The translations under genes were made by a program, and so were the position numbers. Below are positions 39,664-50,700 of a stretch of DNA of 64,000 nucleotides, piece after piece. The first letter of the stretch is position 1. Every line of letters begins with the position of its first letter. Location: positions 992,001 through 1,056,000 of the forward strand of contig CAVXJS010000021.1 in assembly GCA_963762145.1 (NCBI GenBank), written 5' to 3'. This DNA comes from an uncultured Candidatus Rokubacteria bacterium (GTDB lineage Bacteria > Methylomirabilota > Methylomirabilia > Rokubacteriales > CSP1-6). The notes below the pieces were generated by a model. That model was not told where the DNA came from, made no database searches, and worked only from the letters and a program-made list of their open reading frames with translations.

Positions 39664-40203
39664 CTATGATCTCGGCGCCGCTTCCGCGATCGCCTTCATC
39701 TGGGCCAGGCCCTTCTCGAAATCGTCGCCGATCATCTTGTCCATGTTCATGACCAGGCCCATGGCCTTGGCGGGAAAGCCGTTCCGGCCGTCGAGGGTCC
39801 ACGTGACCGCGGTGCGCTCACCCTCGGGCCTGAAGGTGAACGTCGCGGTGCTGGTGGCCGCGAAGGGCCGCACGAACTCGAGCCGGACCCGGATCAGCTC
39901 GCTGGGTCGGCTCTCGACGATCGTCGTCCGCCCCTCGCCCACCTCGTGATTGCCGGACCACGTGTACACCGCGCCCACGCCCGACGGCGCGCCCTCGAAG
40001 GTCTTCTTCATCCCGGGATCGCGCTTCGCGTACGGCGACCAGGCGTCCCACTGGTGAAAGTCGTTCACCTGGGCGAAGACGACCGCGGCCGGGGCCGACA
40101 CGGTGGCGGTCCGCTCCACGCGGAACTCGGACGGCCGCGTGGCGATGACGACGACCAGCACCACCACGAGCACCGCGATGGCGATCAGGATCTTGAGAAT
40201 CAT
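39664..40203 (-). CDS. SRPBCC family protein
   Basis: N-terminal TM; FRVER, WDAWSPY, GVGAVYTWSGN, GDDFEKGL. Confidence 0.9.
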   Translation of the reverse strand: MILKILIAIAVLVVVLVVVIATRPSEFRVERTATVSAPAAVVFAQVNDFHQWDAWSPYAKRDPGMKKTFEGAPSGVGAVYTWSGNHEVGEGRTTIVESRPSELIRVRLEFVRPFAATSTATFTFRPEGERTAVTWTLDGRNGFPAKAMGLVMNMDKMIGDDFEKGLAQMKAIAEAAPRS

Positions 40204-40261
40204 GGAGCCTCCCGTTCCGTGGAATCCTGCACGTCGCGGCGCAATCGCCTGACGCCAGATA

Positions 40262-40288
40262 GTCGCCCGGGGCGGCCCCGAATCGACA
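40262..40288 (-). promoter_or_regulatory. ECF42-type promoter
   Basis: TGTCGA-N17-CGAC upstream of an operon that contains a DGPF/YciI remnant. Confidence 0.55.
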
Positions 40289-40319
40289 GGGAGGGTAAAC
40301 GCCTTCGAGAGAAGGACTT

Positions 40320-40619
40320 CTACGGCGTGACGGTCGGCCGCTGGGGCGCCGGGGCGTGCGGGTTCAGGTAGGGGCTCGGGTTGACCCGCCCCACCTCCGA
40401 GAAGTTGAACGCGTGGGTGCGGCCGTCGGCGGGCTGGCCGGCGGTGGTGTAGCAGCGGCACGGCCGGGTGATCTGGACGACGGTCCCCGGCGGCAGGAGG
40501 CACCATCCCCACGCGGTGTTGCAGACGTTCGCGATGATGCCTTGCGGCTCGGCCGGCGGCGCGGCGACGAGCAGGGCGAGCGCGAGAGCGCCCACCCGGA
40601 TCCAGCGCAGCCCACGCAT
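40320..40619 (-). CDS. Small secreted Cys-rich protein
   Basis: Signal peptide; CNTAWGWC...PCRC; Pro-rich tail. Confidence 0.7.
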   Translation of the reverse strand: MRGLRWIRVGALALALLVAAPPAEPQGIIANVCNTAWGWCLLPPGTVVQITRPCRCYTTAGQPADGRTHAFNFSEVGRVNPSPYLNPHAPAPQRPTVTP

Positions 40620-40693
40620 GCCGGAGCCCTCCCGGTGACTCGGAGCCTGGACAGGTCGGACAGGTGGTGAGAGCGTACTCCCGAGAGGACGCC

Positions 40694-41170
40694 GTGGACA
40701 ACCTGGACCGCTTTCGCCAGGCGCAGGACGCGCCCCACGCCGGCTACGCCGCGGCCCTCCGCGAGCTACAGGCCGGGGAGAAGACGGGCCACTGGATCTG
40801 GTACGTGTTCCCGCAGCTCGCGGGACTGGGGCAGTCCTCCACCGCGGTCTACTACGGATTGGACTCGGTCGAGGAAGCCGCGGCCTACCTGCGCGATCCC
40901 GTGCTCGGCGCGCGGCTGGTCGGGGCGGCCACCGCCGCGCGGGCGCATCTGGCCGGCGGGGGGGCCCGCCCGATCCGCCTCCTGGCCCTGATGGGCTCGG
41001 AGATCGACGCGCGCAAGCTCGTCTCGAGCATGACGCTGTTCGGGCACGTCGCGAGGACGGATTCCCAGCCGCACGGCGCGGCCATGGCCGCCCACGCCGA
41101 CGCGATCCTGGCCGCGGCGGCCGCGCAGGGATACGACCGCTGCGCCTACACCGCCGACCGCCTCGGCTGA
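40694..41170 (+). CDS. DUF1810 family protein
   Basis: LDRFRQAQ, ELQAGEKTGHWIWYVFPQLAGLG, KLVSSMTLF. Confidence 0.9.
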   Translation: MDNLDRFRQAQDAPHAGYAAALRELQAGEKTGHWIWYVFPQLAGLGQSSTAVYYGLDSVEEAAAYLRDPVLGARLVGAATAARAHLAGGGARPIRLLALMGSEIDARKLVSSMTLFGHVARTDSQPHGAAMAAHADAILAAAAAQGYDRCAYTADRLG

Positions 41171-41171
41171 A

Positions 41172-42161
41172 TCACGCGGCCGACGCCGGCACCGCCTCGT
41201 ACAGGTAGCAGGCCACCTCGTGGGCCGCGCCGACCGGCACGCGCGGCGGGGTCGCCTCGGCGCAGCGGGGCATCACGGACGGGCAGCGGGTGCGGAACCG
41301 GCAGCCGGAGGGCGGGTTGATCGGGTTCGGGGGATCGCCGGTGATCGGCAGGCGATCCATGCGGCGGTCGGGATCCATGCTGGGCGCGGAGGCGAAGAGC
41401 GCCTGGGTGTACGGGTGCTTCGGCGCCTGCGCGAGGGCCTCCGCGGTCCCGGTCTCCACCACCTCGCCGAGGTACATGACGAGCACCCGATCGCTCACGT
41501 ACTCGATGACGTTCAGGTCGTGCGAGATGAGGACGTAGGTCAGCGCGCGCTCCGCCTTGAGGTCCTGCAGCAGGTTGAGCACCTGGGCCTGCACGGACTT
41601 GTCGAGCGCGGACACCGGCTCGTCGAGCACCAGCAGCTTCGGGTCCAGCACGAGCGCGCGCGCGATGTTCACCCGCTGGCGCTGGCCCCCGCTCAGCTCG
41701 TGGGCATAGCGCCGGCCGTGGAGCCGCGGGTCGAGGCCCACCCGGCCCAGCAGCGCGCGGGCCCGCGCCCCCGCCTCGGCGCGCGGGGTGCCGTGTACGA
41801 GCAGGCTGAACGCCACCGTGTCCTCGATCGTCAGGCGCGGGTTCAGCGACGCGTAGGGGTCCTGGAAGACGAGCTGCATGTCCCGGCGCAGCCGCTTCAT
41901 GCGCGACGGCGAGGCGGCGAGCACGTCCTCGCCGCCGAACCGCACGACGCCCGCGTCGGGCTCGATCAGTCTCAGCAGGAGCCGCGCGAGCGTGGACTTG
42001 CCGCAGCCGGACTCGCCCACGATGCCGAGGGTCTCGCCCGGCGCCACCTCGAACGAGACGTCGTCCACCGCCCGCACCCAGGCCCGGGTGCGCTGCAGCA
42101 CCCCGCCGCGCAGGGGAAAGTGCTTGCGCAGGTTGAGCGCCTCCAGCAGCGGCGCGCTCAC
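41172..42161 (-). CDS. Peptide/nickel ABC transporter ATP-binding protein (DppF/OppF-like)
   Basis: GESGCGKST, LSGGQRQR, DEPVSALD, HPYT, GCRFRTRCP. Confidence 0.92.
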   Translation of the reverse strand: MSAPLLEALNLRKHFPLRGGVLQRTRAWVRAVDDVSFEVAPGETLGIVGESGCGKSTLARLLLRLIEPDAGVVRFGGEDVLAASPSRMKRLRRDMQLVFQDPYASLNPRLTIEDTVAFSLLVHGTPRAEAGARARALLGRVGLDPRLHGRRYAHELSGGQRQRVNIARALVLDPKLLVLDEPVSALDKSVQAQVLNLLQDLKAERALTYVLISHDLNVIEYVSDRVLVMYLGEVVETGTAEALAQAPKHPYTQALFASAPSMDPDRRMDRLPITGDPPNPINPPSGCRFRTRCPSVMPRCAEATPPRVPVGAAHEVACYLYEAVPASAA

Positions 42162-43046
42162 CCGCGGATCTCCATGGCGTCGCGCAGGCCGTCGGACAGC
42201 AGGTTGAACGCCATGGACGTCACGAAGATGGCCACGCCGGGCAGCGCGGGCACGATCGCGTTGACGTAGATGGACTGGCGCAGCGTGTTCAGCATCAGCC
42301 CCCACTCCGCGGCGGGGGGCGTGACCCCGAGCCCGAGGAAGGACAGGCCCGCGGCCAGGATGATGGCCAGCGACACCTGCGTGCTCGAGAACACGAGGAT
42401 CGGACCCAGCACGTTGGCCAGCAGGTGGTGCCGGACGATGGCCCGCACCCCCGCCCCGCTGGCCCGCGCGGCCGCGATGTACTCGAGGCCCTTCACCTGC
42501 ACGGTGGCGGACTCGGCGACCCGCACGACCCGCGGCACGAACACGATGGACAGCGAGATGAGGGTGTTCGGCGAGCCCGGGACCGAGCGCGCCCGAGATC
42601 GCGATCGCGAGCAGCACCGCCGGAAACGCGTAGAAGATGTCCATCGTGCGCATGATCAGCGTGTTGGTGAGGCCGCCCACGTAGCCCGCCATCACGCCCA
42701 GCGCGGCGCCGACCACGAACGCGACCAGCACCGGGGTGAGCCCGGCCACCAGGGTCATGCGGCCGCCCCAGAGCAGGCGGCTCAGCATGTCGCGCCCCTG
42801 CTCGTCGGTCCCGAGCACGTGCCCCGGCGCGCCGACCGGAGCGAGGCGCAGGCGGATCGACCCGGCGGCCGGATCGTACGGGGCGATCCACGGCGCGAGC
42901 ACCGCCGAGAGCACGATGACCGCCAGCACGCCGCCCGCCACCAGGGTGGCCCGGTCGCGGGCGAGCCGCCACGCGACCGTCCGCCAGTAGGACATCGGCG
43001 CGGTGGCCAGCCCCGGCGTCTCCACGAGCTCGACCGCGATGGCCAT
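42158..43046 (-). CDS. Peptide ABC transporter permease (DppC-like), frameshift near 42575
   Basis: LGTDEQGRDMLSR, EYIAAARASGA, LSFLGLG..PP.AEWG in two frames. Confidence 0.85.
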
Positions 43047-43984
43047 CAGTGACGCGCGATCCGCGGATCGATCACCGTCTGCAGCAGGTCGACCGCGAGG
43101 TTCAGCAGCACGAAGAAGGTCGCGAGCACGAGGATCACGCCCTGCAGCACCGGGATGTCCCGCTGGAAGATCGCGAGGTTCAGCAGGTAGCCGGTGCCGG
43201 GCCAGGAGAAGACGGCCTCCACCAGCACCGAGCCGCCGAGCTGGAAGCCGAACTGCAGCCCGAGCACGGTGAGGATCTGCGGGAGCGCATTCTTGACCAC
43301 GTGGGTGAACACCCGCCGCGACGCGAGGCCCTTGGCGCGCAGGGCGAGGACGAACTCCTGGTTCAGGATGTCGAGCGCGGCCGACCGCACCACGCGGGTG
43401 ATGACGCCGAGCGGGATGAGGGCCAGCGCCAGGGTGGGCAGGACCATGTGGCGCAGGTACTCCCAGATCCCGGGGTCGTTCGCGGCGCCCATGGCGGGCA
43501 GCCAGTTGAGCTGCACCGAGAAGACGATGATGAGGATGATCCCGGCCCAGTAGTGCGGCACCGACACGCCGACCACCGCGATGCCGCTCGCGACCTTGTC
43601 GAGCACCCGGCCCTGCCGGAAGGCGGCGAGCAGCCCGAGCGCGATCCCGGCCGCGAACGCGAGGAGCGAGGACGACAGCGCGAGCACGAGGCTGTTGGCG
43701 AGCGCGTCGCGGACGTCGAGGATCACCGGGCGGCGGGTGGCGAGCGACTTGCCGAGATCGCCCTGGGCCACCCGCCCGAGCCAGACGAGGTACTGCACCG
43801 GCAGCGGCCGGTCGAAGCCGTACGCCCGCTTGGTCGCCTCGATCTCCGCCCGGCTCGCCTCGGCCGGCATCACCGCCGCGATCGGGTCGCCCGGGGCCAG
43901 ATGCACCATCGCGAACACGATGATGCTGGCCCCGAGCAGCGTCGGGATCGCGAGCAGGAGACGCCGGCCGACGTAGACCCACAC
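43046..43984 (-). CDS. Peptide ABC transporter permease (DppB-like)
   Basis: APGDP, LRAKGL, EAVFSWPG, RDIPVLQG, DPRI. Confidence 0.92.
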   Translation of the reverse strand: MWVYVGRRLLLAIPTLLGASIIVFAMVHLAPGDPIAAVMPAEASRAEIEATKRAYGFDRPLPVQYLVWLGRVAQGDLGKSLATRRPVILDVRDALANSLVLALSSSLLAFAAGIALGLLAAFRQGRVLDKVASGIAVVGVSVPHYWAGIILIIVFSVQLNWLPAMGAANDPGIWEYLRHMVLPTLALALIPLGVITRVVRSAALDILNQEFVLALRAKGLASRRVFTHVVKNALPQILTVLGLQFGFQLGGSVLVEAVFSWPGTGYLLNLAIFQRDIPVLQGVILVLATFFVLLNLAVDLLQTVIDPRIARH

Positions 43985-43994
43985 GAGGCGGCGG

Positions 43995-45594
43995 CTACCT
44001 CACGGTGACCGCGGTCAGGTCCACGAACCAGCTCTGCGGCTGGACGAAGCCCTTGACCTTCGGGGACAGCGCGCGCGGGTTCTGGTCGTGCACCACGAAG
44101 ATCCACGGCGCGTCGTCCACCACCACCTCGTGCAGCCTCGCCAGGATCTCGTTCTGCTTGGCCACGTCGAAGGTCCGCTCCGCCTCGTCGATGAGCTTGT
44201 CCGCCTCCGGGTTGATGTAGGGCATCGTGTTGACCGAGACCGGCACCACCGACTTGCTGTGGAAGAACCGGCCGAACCCGCTCCAGGGCTCGAGGAAGTT
44301 CCACGAGATGTTCCAGGCGTTGAGGCCCTCGTTCTCCGGCGTCTTGAAGCCGGCCCGCCAGCGCGTGAGCAGCGTGTTCCACTCCACCGGCTGCAGGTCC
44401 ACGTCGATGCCCACGTCCTTGAGGTTCTTCTGGATGAGCTCGTTCATCGCCAGCGGCAGCATCTGGCCCGAGCCGGAGGTCGAGATCAGCTGCACCGCCT
44501 TCGCGGGATGCTTGCTCGCGTCGAATCCGGCCTGGCGCAGCAGGTCCTTGGCCTTGGCCGGGTTGTACTCGTAGATCTCCTTCGGCTTGCCGAACCACGG
44601 ATGGCCCTTGTAGACCACCCCGGTGGCCGGGATGCAGGTATCGTTCAGCAGGCTCTTGCAGATGCCGACCCGGTCGATCGCGTAGTTGGCCGCCTTGCGG
44701 ACCAGCTTGTTGCTCCACGGCTCCTTGTCCAGCCGCAGGGTGTGCGTCCAGTTGTGCGGGTAGCTGTTCATCGTGATCGTGAACCCGCCGCTCTTGAGCT
44801 GGGGGATCGAGTCCGGCGGCGGCACCTCGACCCAGTCCACCTGCCCGCTGCGCAGCGCGGCGAGGCGCGTGGTCGGCTCCGGCAGCGGCAGCAGCACGAG
44901 CTTGTCGATCTTGGGCCGGCGCTTGGCGTCCCAGTAGCTCTTGTTGGCGTCCAGCTCGAGCCGCTCGCGCGGCACGAACTTGGTGACCTTGAAGGGGCCG
45001 GTGCCCGACGGCTGCTCGGCGAACTTGCGCCAGTCCTTGAACTTCTGCCACTGGGTCGGCGACACGATGAGCATGTAGCAGATCTGGTACGGCACGAAGC
45101 TGGTGGGCTTGTTGGTCTCGAACTCCACCGTGTGGTCGTCGATCTTGGTGATCCCGATGACGCGAGGCGAGCCGGAAGCTGACCTGGCCCGAGCCGTACG
45201 TGTCGAAGTGCGGGGCGTCCTTCTTCTTGATCGACTCGAAGGAGAAGACCACCGCGTCGGCGTTGAACGGGCTGCCGTCGTGGAACGTGACGCCCTTGCG
45301 CAGCTTGAACACCCACTTGGTCGGCGCGTCCTTGCGCACCTCCCAGGACTCGGCGAGCCCGGGCACCAGCGGAGCCAGCCGGTCGCCGCGGGTGAGGTCC
45401 CACGCGATCAGCGGCTCGTAGATCTGGTAGCCGACGAAGCGGAAGCCTTCGAAGCCGTTGTCGGTCTGGCCGCCCGTGTAGGGAATGTCGCTCGCGGTCA
45501 TGCCGATCCGGAGCGTGCCCTGCGCGAGAGCGGGGCCGGTCAGGGCCATGGCGAGCAGCGGGGCGAGGAGCAGGATGACGGACAGCGATCTCAT
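43995..45594 (-). CDS. Peptide ABC transporter substrate-binding protein, frameshift near 45165
   Basis: Signal peptide, [32 protein letters not shown]. Confidence 0.88.
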
Positions 45595-46592
45595 GGGGTG
45601 GACAAGTGGCGGGTCGCGGCCTCGCGAGCGCTCGGCGACGAGGTGACAGCGGGCGGTGTGGCCGGGGGCCACGGGGTGGAACGACGGCGCGGTGGTCGTG
45701 CAGACCTCGAGGGCGCCGCGGGCACCGCGGCGCGAACGCGCAGCCGGGCGGCAGGGCGACGAGGTTCGGCGGCGCGCCCGCGATCGGCACGAGGGGGCGC
45801 CCCTTCTGGCCGCGGCGCACGGTGGCCTGCATCAGCCCGGCGGTGTACGGATGCGCGGGGCGGCGGAACAGCTCGCGGATCGGGGCCTGCTCGACGATGC
45901 GCCCGGCGTACATCACGGCCGCGTCGTCCGCGATCTCCGCGGCGACGCCGAGATCGTGGGTGACGAAGATCACGGCCAGGTCGAGCCGCTTCTGCAGATC
46001 GCGCAGCAGCCAGAGGATCTGCGCCTGCACCGTGACGTCGAGCGCGGTGGTCGGCTCGTCGGCGAGCAGGAGCTCCGGCTCGCAGGCGAGCGCGATCGCG
46101 ATCATCGCGCGCTGGCGCATGCCCCCCGAGATCTCGTGCGGGTAGCTGGCCAGGCACCGCTCCGGCGACGGGACCTGCACGAGATCGAGCAGCTCGCGGG
46201 CGCGCCCGCGGGCGGCCGCGCGGTCGAGCTTGCGGTGCTGCACGAGCGTCTCCGACGATCTGCTGGCCGATGGTGTAGACCGGATCGAGCGCGGTCATCG
46301 GCTCCTGGAACACGAGGGAGACGACGCTGCCGCGCAGCGCCTCGCGCGCGCCCTCGTCGAGCCGGTTGACGTCGCGCCCCTTCACGAGCACCTCGCCGGC
46401 GACCCGCGCGCGGGCGCCCTGGTGCAGCCCCAGGATCGCGCGGAGGGTGACGCTCTTCCCGGAGCCCGACTCGCCCAGGAGGGCGAGCACCTTCCCCGCC
46501 TCGAGCGAGAAGGTGACGTCGTTCACCGCGCGCACGGTGCCGTCGCGTGTCTCGAAGGACACGCTGAGGTCGCGGACGGTCAGTAACGGCAT
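45591..46592 (-). CDS. Peptide ABC transporter ATP-binding protein (DppD-like), frameshifts near 46255 and 45720
   Basis: [41 protein letters not shown] across frames. Confidence 0.85.
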   Translation of the reverse strand: MPLLTVRDLSVSFETRDGTVRAVNDVTFSLEAGKVLALLGESGSGKSVTLRAILGLHQGARARVAGEVLVKGRDVNRLDEGAREALRGSVVSLVFQEPMTALDPVYTIGQQIVGDARAAPQARPRGRPRARPRAARSRAGPVAGAVPGQLPARDLGGHAPARDDRDRARLRAGAPARRRADHRARRHGAGADPLAAARSAEAARPGRDLRHPRSRRRRGDRGRRGRDVRRAHRRAGPDPRAVPPPRASVHRRADAGHRAPRPEGAPPRADRGRAAEPRRPAARLRVRAAVPAAPSRSARPPRRRSTPWPPATPPAVTSSPSAREAATRHLSTP

Positions 46593-46726
46593 GCGCGCAT
46601 CTTGCAACCGACGTGCCCCACCCGCGAGGCCGGTTTCGTGCGCCTTGGCCGGGTCAGGCCCGCCCGTGGCGCGGGCGGTTGCTCACGAAAGCGGCGATGG
46701 CCGCGACCGCTGCACAGAAAGAATAC

Positions 46727-47560
46727 TCACCCCGGGAACGGGGTCGCCACCGGGAGCTCCGCGATCCTCAGCTTGACGTCCTGCACCCCCGCGACGTCGC
46801 GCGCGACCGCGACCGCCACGTCGGGATCGGCGCCGGCGGGCAGCTCGAGGGTCACGAGACCGCGGGTGGACTCCACGTCGATCCGGTACCGCCGCATGTC
46901 GGGGTGGCCGGCGAGCGCGACCTCCACCTGGGAGGCCACCACGCGGTCGGCCACGAGCTGCCGGGCCGCGTCCGTGGTGACGAACTCGGGCCGACGCGCC
47001 ATCTCGGCCAGCAGGTCCACCGCCGCCGCGCGGGAGAAGCCCGCGGTGTTGATCAGCAGGTCGTAGAGCCCGGGATCCTTGATGTCGACGTCGAAGAGGT
47101 AGCGCATCCGCGACGCCTTCTGGATGTCGTCCCGACGAATGAACTGGGCGACCGTCTTCGGGGTGACGCGCTCCCGCCCCTGCGCCGACAGGGTGGCGGT
47201 CAGCCGGGTCACGCGCTCGGGGAAGGGCGCCACGATCCTCGTCCGGAGGGCGTGGGGCACCCCCCGCAGGAGCCACTGGCCGCCGCCACCGATCAGGACG
47301 ACGTCGTCGGCCTGCGCGAACTCGTACAGGACCGCCTGGAGGGCCAGGATGCAGCGGCGCGTCTCGGCATCGAAGCGCTCGACCCAGGACGGCCGGTCCT
47401 CCACGAGGCGGGCGAGCCGATCCTCGGCCAAGCCGTACTTCTGCGCTCGCCCGAGCAGCTCCTCGTTGTCGACGTAGGTGTACCCGAGGCGGGTCGCCAC
47501 GGCCATGCCGATCTCGGCACCGCCGCTACCCATTTCGTGGGAGATCGTCAGAATCGCCAT
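46727..47560 (-). CDS. Cytidylate kinase-like family protein with C-terminal BON-like domain
   Basis: LTISHEMGSGG, LGYTYVD, YDLLINT; C-terminal IDVESTRGLVTL...VAGVQDV. Confidence 0.82.
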   Translation of the reverse strand: MAILTISHEMGSGGAEIGMAVATRLGYTYVDNEELLGRAQKYGLAEDRLARLVEDRPSWVERFDAETRRCILALQAVLYEFAQADDVVLIGGGGQWLLRGVPHALRTRIVAPFPERVTRLTATLSAQGRERVTPKTVAQFIRRDDIQKASRMRYLFDVDIKDPGLYDLLINTAGFSRAAAVDLLAEMARRPEFVTTDAARQLVADRVVASQVEVALAGHPDMRRYRIDVESTRGLVTLELPAGADPDVAVAVARDVAGVQDVKLRIAELPVATPFPG

Positions 47561-47699
47561 GGCATCTCTCCTGCCCGGCAGCCCCTGGCATCCAGGGGGC
47601 AAGGCCGACCCGGTCGGACGGTGGCGAGAGCTTAGTCTCGGGCGGGATCGGGGTCAAGCCCCGTCCTTCGCCTCGATTCGCCGCGCCGGGCCGCCCGTG

Positions 47700-47728
47700 T
47701 TGACGCCGGGTGACCGGAGGGATATCCT
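47700..47728 (+). promoter_or_regulatory. Sigma-70-type promoter for the cyclase gene
   Basis: TTGACG-17-TATCCT, 12 nt before ATG 47741. Confidence 0.55.
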
Positions 47729-47740
47729 CGCGTTCTCGCC

Positions 47741-50700
47741 ATGATCTGTGGGCGATGCGGCGCAGAAAACGATTCCGGGCGGTTGTTCTGCTCCGCATGT
47801 GGTGAAGCCCTGTCGCCGAGTTGTTCCCGCTGCGGCTTCGCCAACAAGGCCCTGGCCCACTTCTGCGGCGGCTGCGGCGCTCCCCTGGGCTCCTCGCCAT
47901 CGGGCGGCGGCCCCGAAGCCTACACGCCGAAGCATCTCGCCGAGCGCGTCCTGACCACCCGGAGCGCGCTCGAAGGCGAGCGGAAACGGGTCACCGTCCT
48001 CTTCTGCGACGTCGTCGAGTCGTACCGCCTGGCCGAGCAGCTCGGCCCCGAAGGAATGCACGAGACCATGGACCAGGCCCTCCGGCTGATGGCGGAGGCC
48101 GTCCACCGCTACGAAGGAACCGTCAACCAGTTTCTCGGCGATGGACTGATGGCGCTCTTCGGCGCGCCGGTTGCCCTCGAGCAGCACGCGCTGCGGGCCA
48201 TCTATGCCGCGCTGGGAATCCGCGACGCGCTGCGGGCCTTCAACGAGCGCCCGTCGGCCCGCGCGGGCGCCGCCCTGCGGGTGCGAATGGGACTGCACAG
48301 CGGGATCGTCGTGGTCGGCCGCATCGGAGACGACCTCCGGATGGACTACACGGCGGTCGGAGACACCACGCACCTGGCCGCTCGGCTTCAGGCGTTCGCC
48401 GAGCCGGGCGACATCCTGATCAGCGACGACACCGCGCGGCTCGTGGAGGGCTACGTCCGGCTCGATTCCCTCGGATCGCTCGCGATCCGGGGACGCTCGG
48501 AGCCCGTCGTGGCCCACCGGGTCCTGGGCGTGCGGGCCAGCCGCAGCCGCTTCCAGGTCGCGGCCGAGCGTGGCCTCACCCCGTTCGTCGGCCGCGAGCG
48601 GGACCTCCGGCTGCTGAAGGAGCGCCTCGCGCGGGCGCGCGCGGGCCGCGGGCAGGTGGTGAGCATCGTGGGGGAAGCGGGCGTCGGAAAGTCGCGCCTG
48701 GTGCACGAGTTTCACCGCGCCCTGCAGGGCGAAGCCATCACCTGGCTCGAGGGCCAGTGCTCGGCCTCGGGCCAGTCCGTGCCGTATCACCCGATCCTCC
48801 ACGCGATGCGGATGAGCTTCCGGATCGAGCCGGACGACAGCGCGTCGCGGATCCGGGAGAAGATCCGGCGTGGCGTCCGGCAGATCGCGATGGACCCCGA
48901 GGCGGTCCTTCCGGTTCTGGAGATGCTGTTCGGCCTGTCGGTCTCCAGCGAAGCGCTGCAACGCCTCGATCCGCACGCGAAGCGTCAGCGAATCTTCGAA
49001 ACGATCCGGGCGCTCACCATGGCCGGGGCCCGGCTCCGGCCGCTCGTCGTCGTCCTCGAGGACCTCCACTGGATCGACACGACGTCGGAGGAGTTCCTCG
49101 TCCAGCTGATCGACAGCCTGCCGGGCATGCCGCTGCTCCTCCTGACCACCCACCGGCCCGGCTACACCCCGCGCTGGACCGCCTATTCCGCCCAGATCGG
49201 TCTCGATCTGCTCGAGACGACCGAAGTGCACGCGATGGTGTCACACCTCCTCGGGACGACCGAGATGCCGAGCGAGCTCGTGGAACTGGTGTGGGAGAAG
49301 GCGGAGGGCAATCCCCTCTTCGTCGAGGAGATCATCCGGTCGATGTTCGAGCGCGGGGTGCTGCGGCGGGACCAGAAGCAGGTGCGCTGGATGGGCACCG
49401 AGGACATCGACTTCCCGGCCAGCATCCAGGACATCGTGAGCGCCCGGTTCGACCGCATTCCGGAGCCGGCGCGGCGAACCCTGCAGGTCGGGGCCGTCGT
49501 CGGCCGGCACTTCAGCATCAGCCTGCTCGCGCGAACCGTCGAGGCGCCGGAAGACGTGGCCGCGCATCTGGAGGTGCTCAAGCAGGCCGAGCTCGTGCAC
49601 GAGACCCAGTTCTTCCCCGAGCCCGAGTACGCGTTCAAGCACGCCATCGTCCAGGAGGTGGTGTACCAGAGTCTCCTCGTCCCGCGTCGGACGCAGCTCC
49701 ACCGCCTCATCGGCGAGGCGCTCGAGGAGATGACCCCACCGACGCTCTCCGAGCACGGCAGCGCGCTCGCGTATCACTTCTCCCGGGGCGACGTCGCGGG
49801 CAAGGCGGTCAAGTACCTGATCGAGTCGGGAGACCGCGCGGCGGCCGCGTTCTCGAACCGGGAGGCGCTCCACCTCTACCGCCAGGCGCTCGAGCTGCAC
49901 CGCGGCGGGGATCGCGCGATCGAGGCCGCCCTCCTCCACAAGCTCGGCACCGCCAGCCTCTTTCTCGGCGACGCCGCCGCGAGCCTGCGCTATGTCGAGG
50001 CGGCGCTCGAGGCGTACCAGACCCTGGGAGACAAGCGGAACGCGCTCCGGATGCATCTCGACATCTCGCGCCTGTCCACCGACGGGTACGGCGACGCGGC
50101 CGAGGAGGATCGCGCCCGGCGTCATCTGGAAGCGGTGGCGGCGAGCGTGGAGACCGACGACGACAGCCTGGAGAAGGGCCTGATCTATCAACGCGCGGCC
50201 CACCTGCATCTGCATCGCGGGCAGCCCTCGACGAGCCTGGCCTGGGCCCACCGGGCGGTGGACCTCTTCGCGCGCCTGGCCATTCCGATGGGGACCTCGC
50301 TGGGCACGGTCCTCACCTACATGGGGCGCATCGACGAGGGCGTCGCCTACAACGAGAAGAACTGGGACGCGGTCGTGACGGCCGCCAATCCGCTCGTGAT
50401 CGCGGGGCTCGGGCACGAGCTGACCCTCACCCTCGCGCTGGCGCTCGACGTGCCTCGGGCGCGGGCCTGGGGCGAGAAGGCGCTGCCGCTCGCGATGAAG
50501 GCGAGCCCGGTGTTCGAGGGTCTCCTCCGGCGTCCGCTCGCGCTGACCTACGCGCTCTCGGGCGAGGTGGCGAAGGGGGAGGAAGCCTGCGAGGCGATCC
50601 TTCGCATCGAGCGGGATACCCAGCTCGGGTGCCTCTTCGAGGACGCCGCCAGCGTGGGATTCTTCTACGCGCGGCGCGGCCAGTGGGACCGGGCCCGCGC

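Noticed and set aside
41172-43982. Apparent 936-aa permease-ATPase fusion in the ORF track
   Set aside because: Artefact of a frameshift in the DppC-like gene joining frames of separate genes
42158-46592. Programmed frameshifting or phase variation in the peptide ABC operon
   Set aside because: No slippery heptamers or long homopolymers; pattern fits sequencing indels
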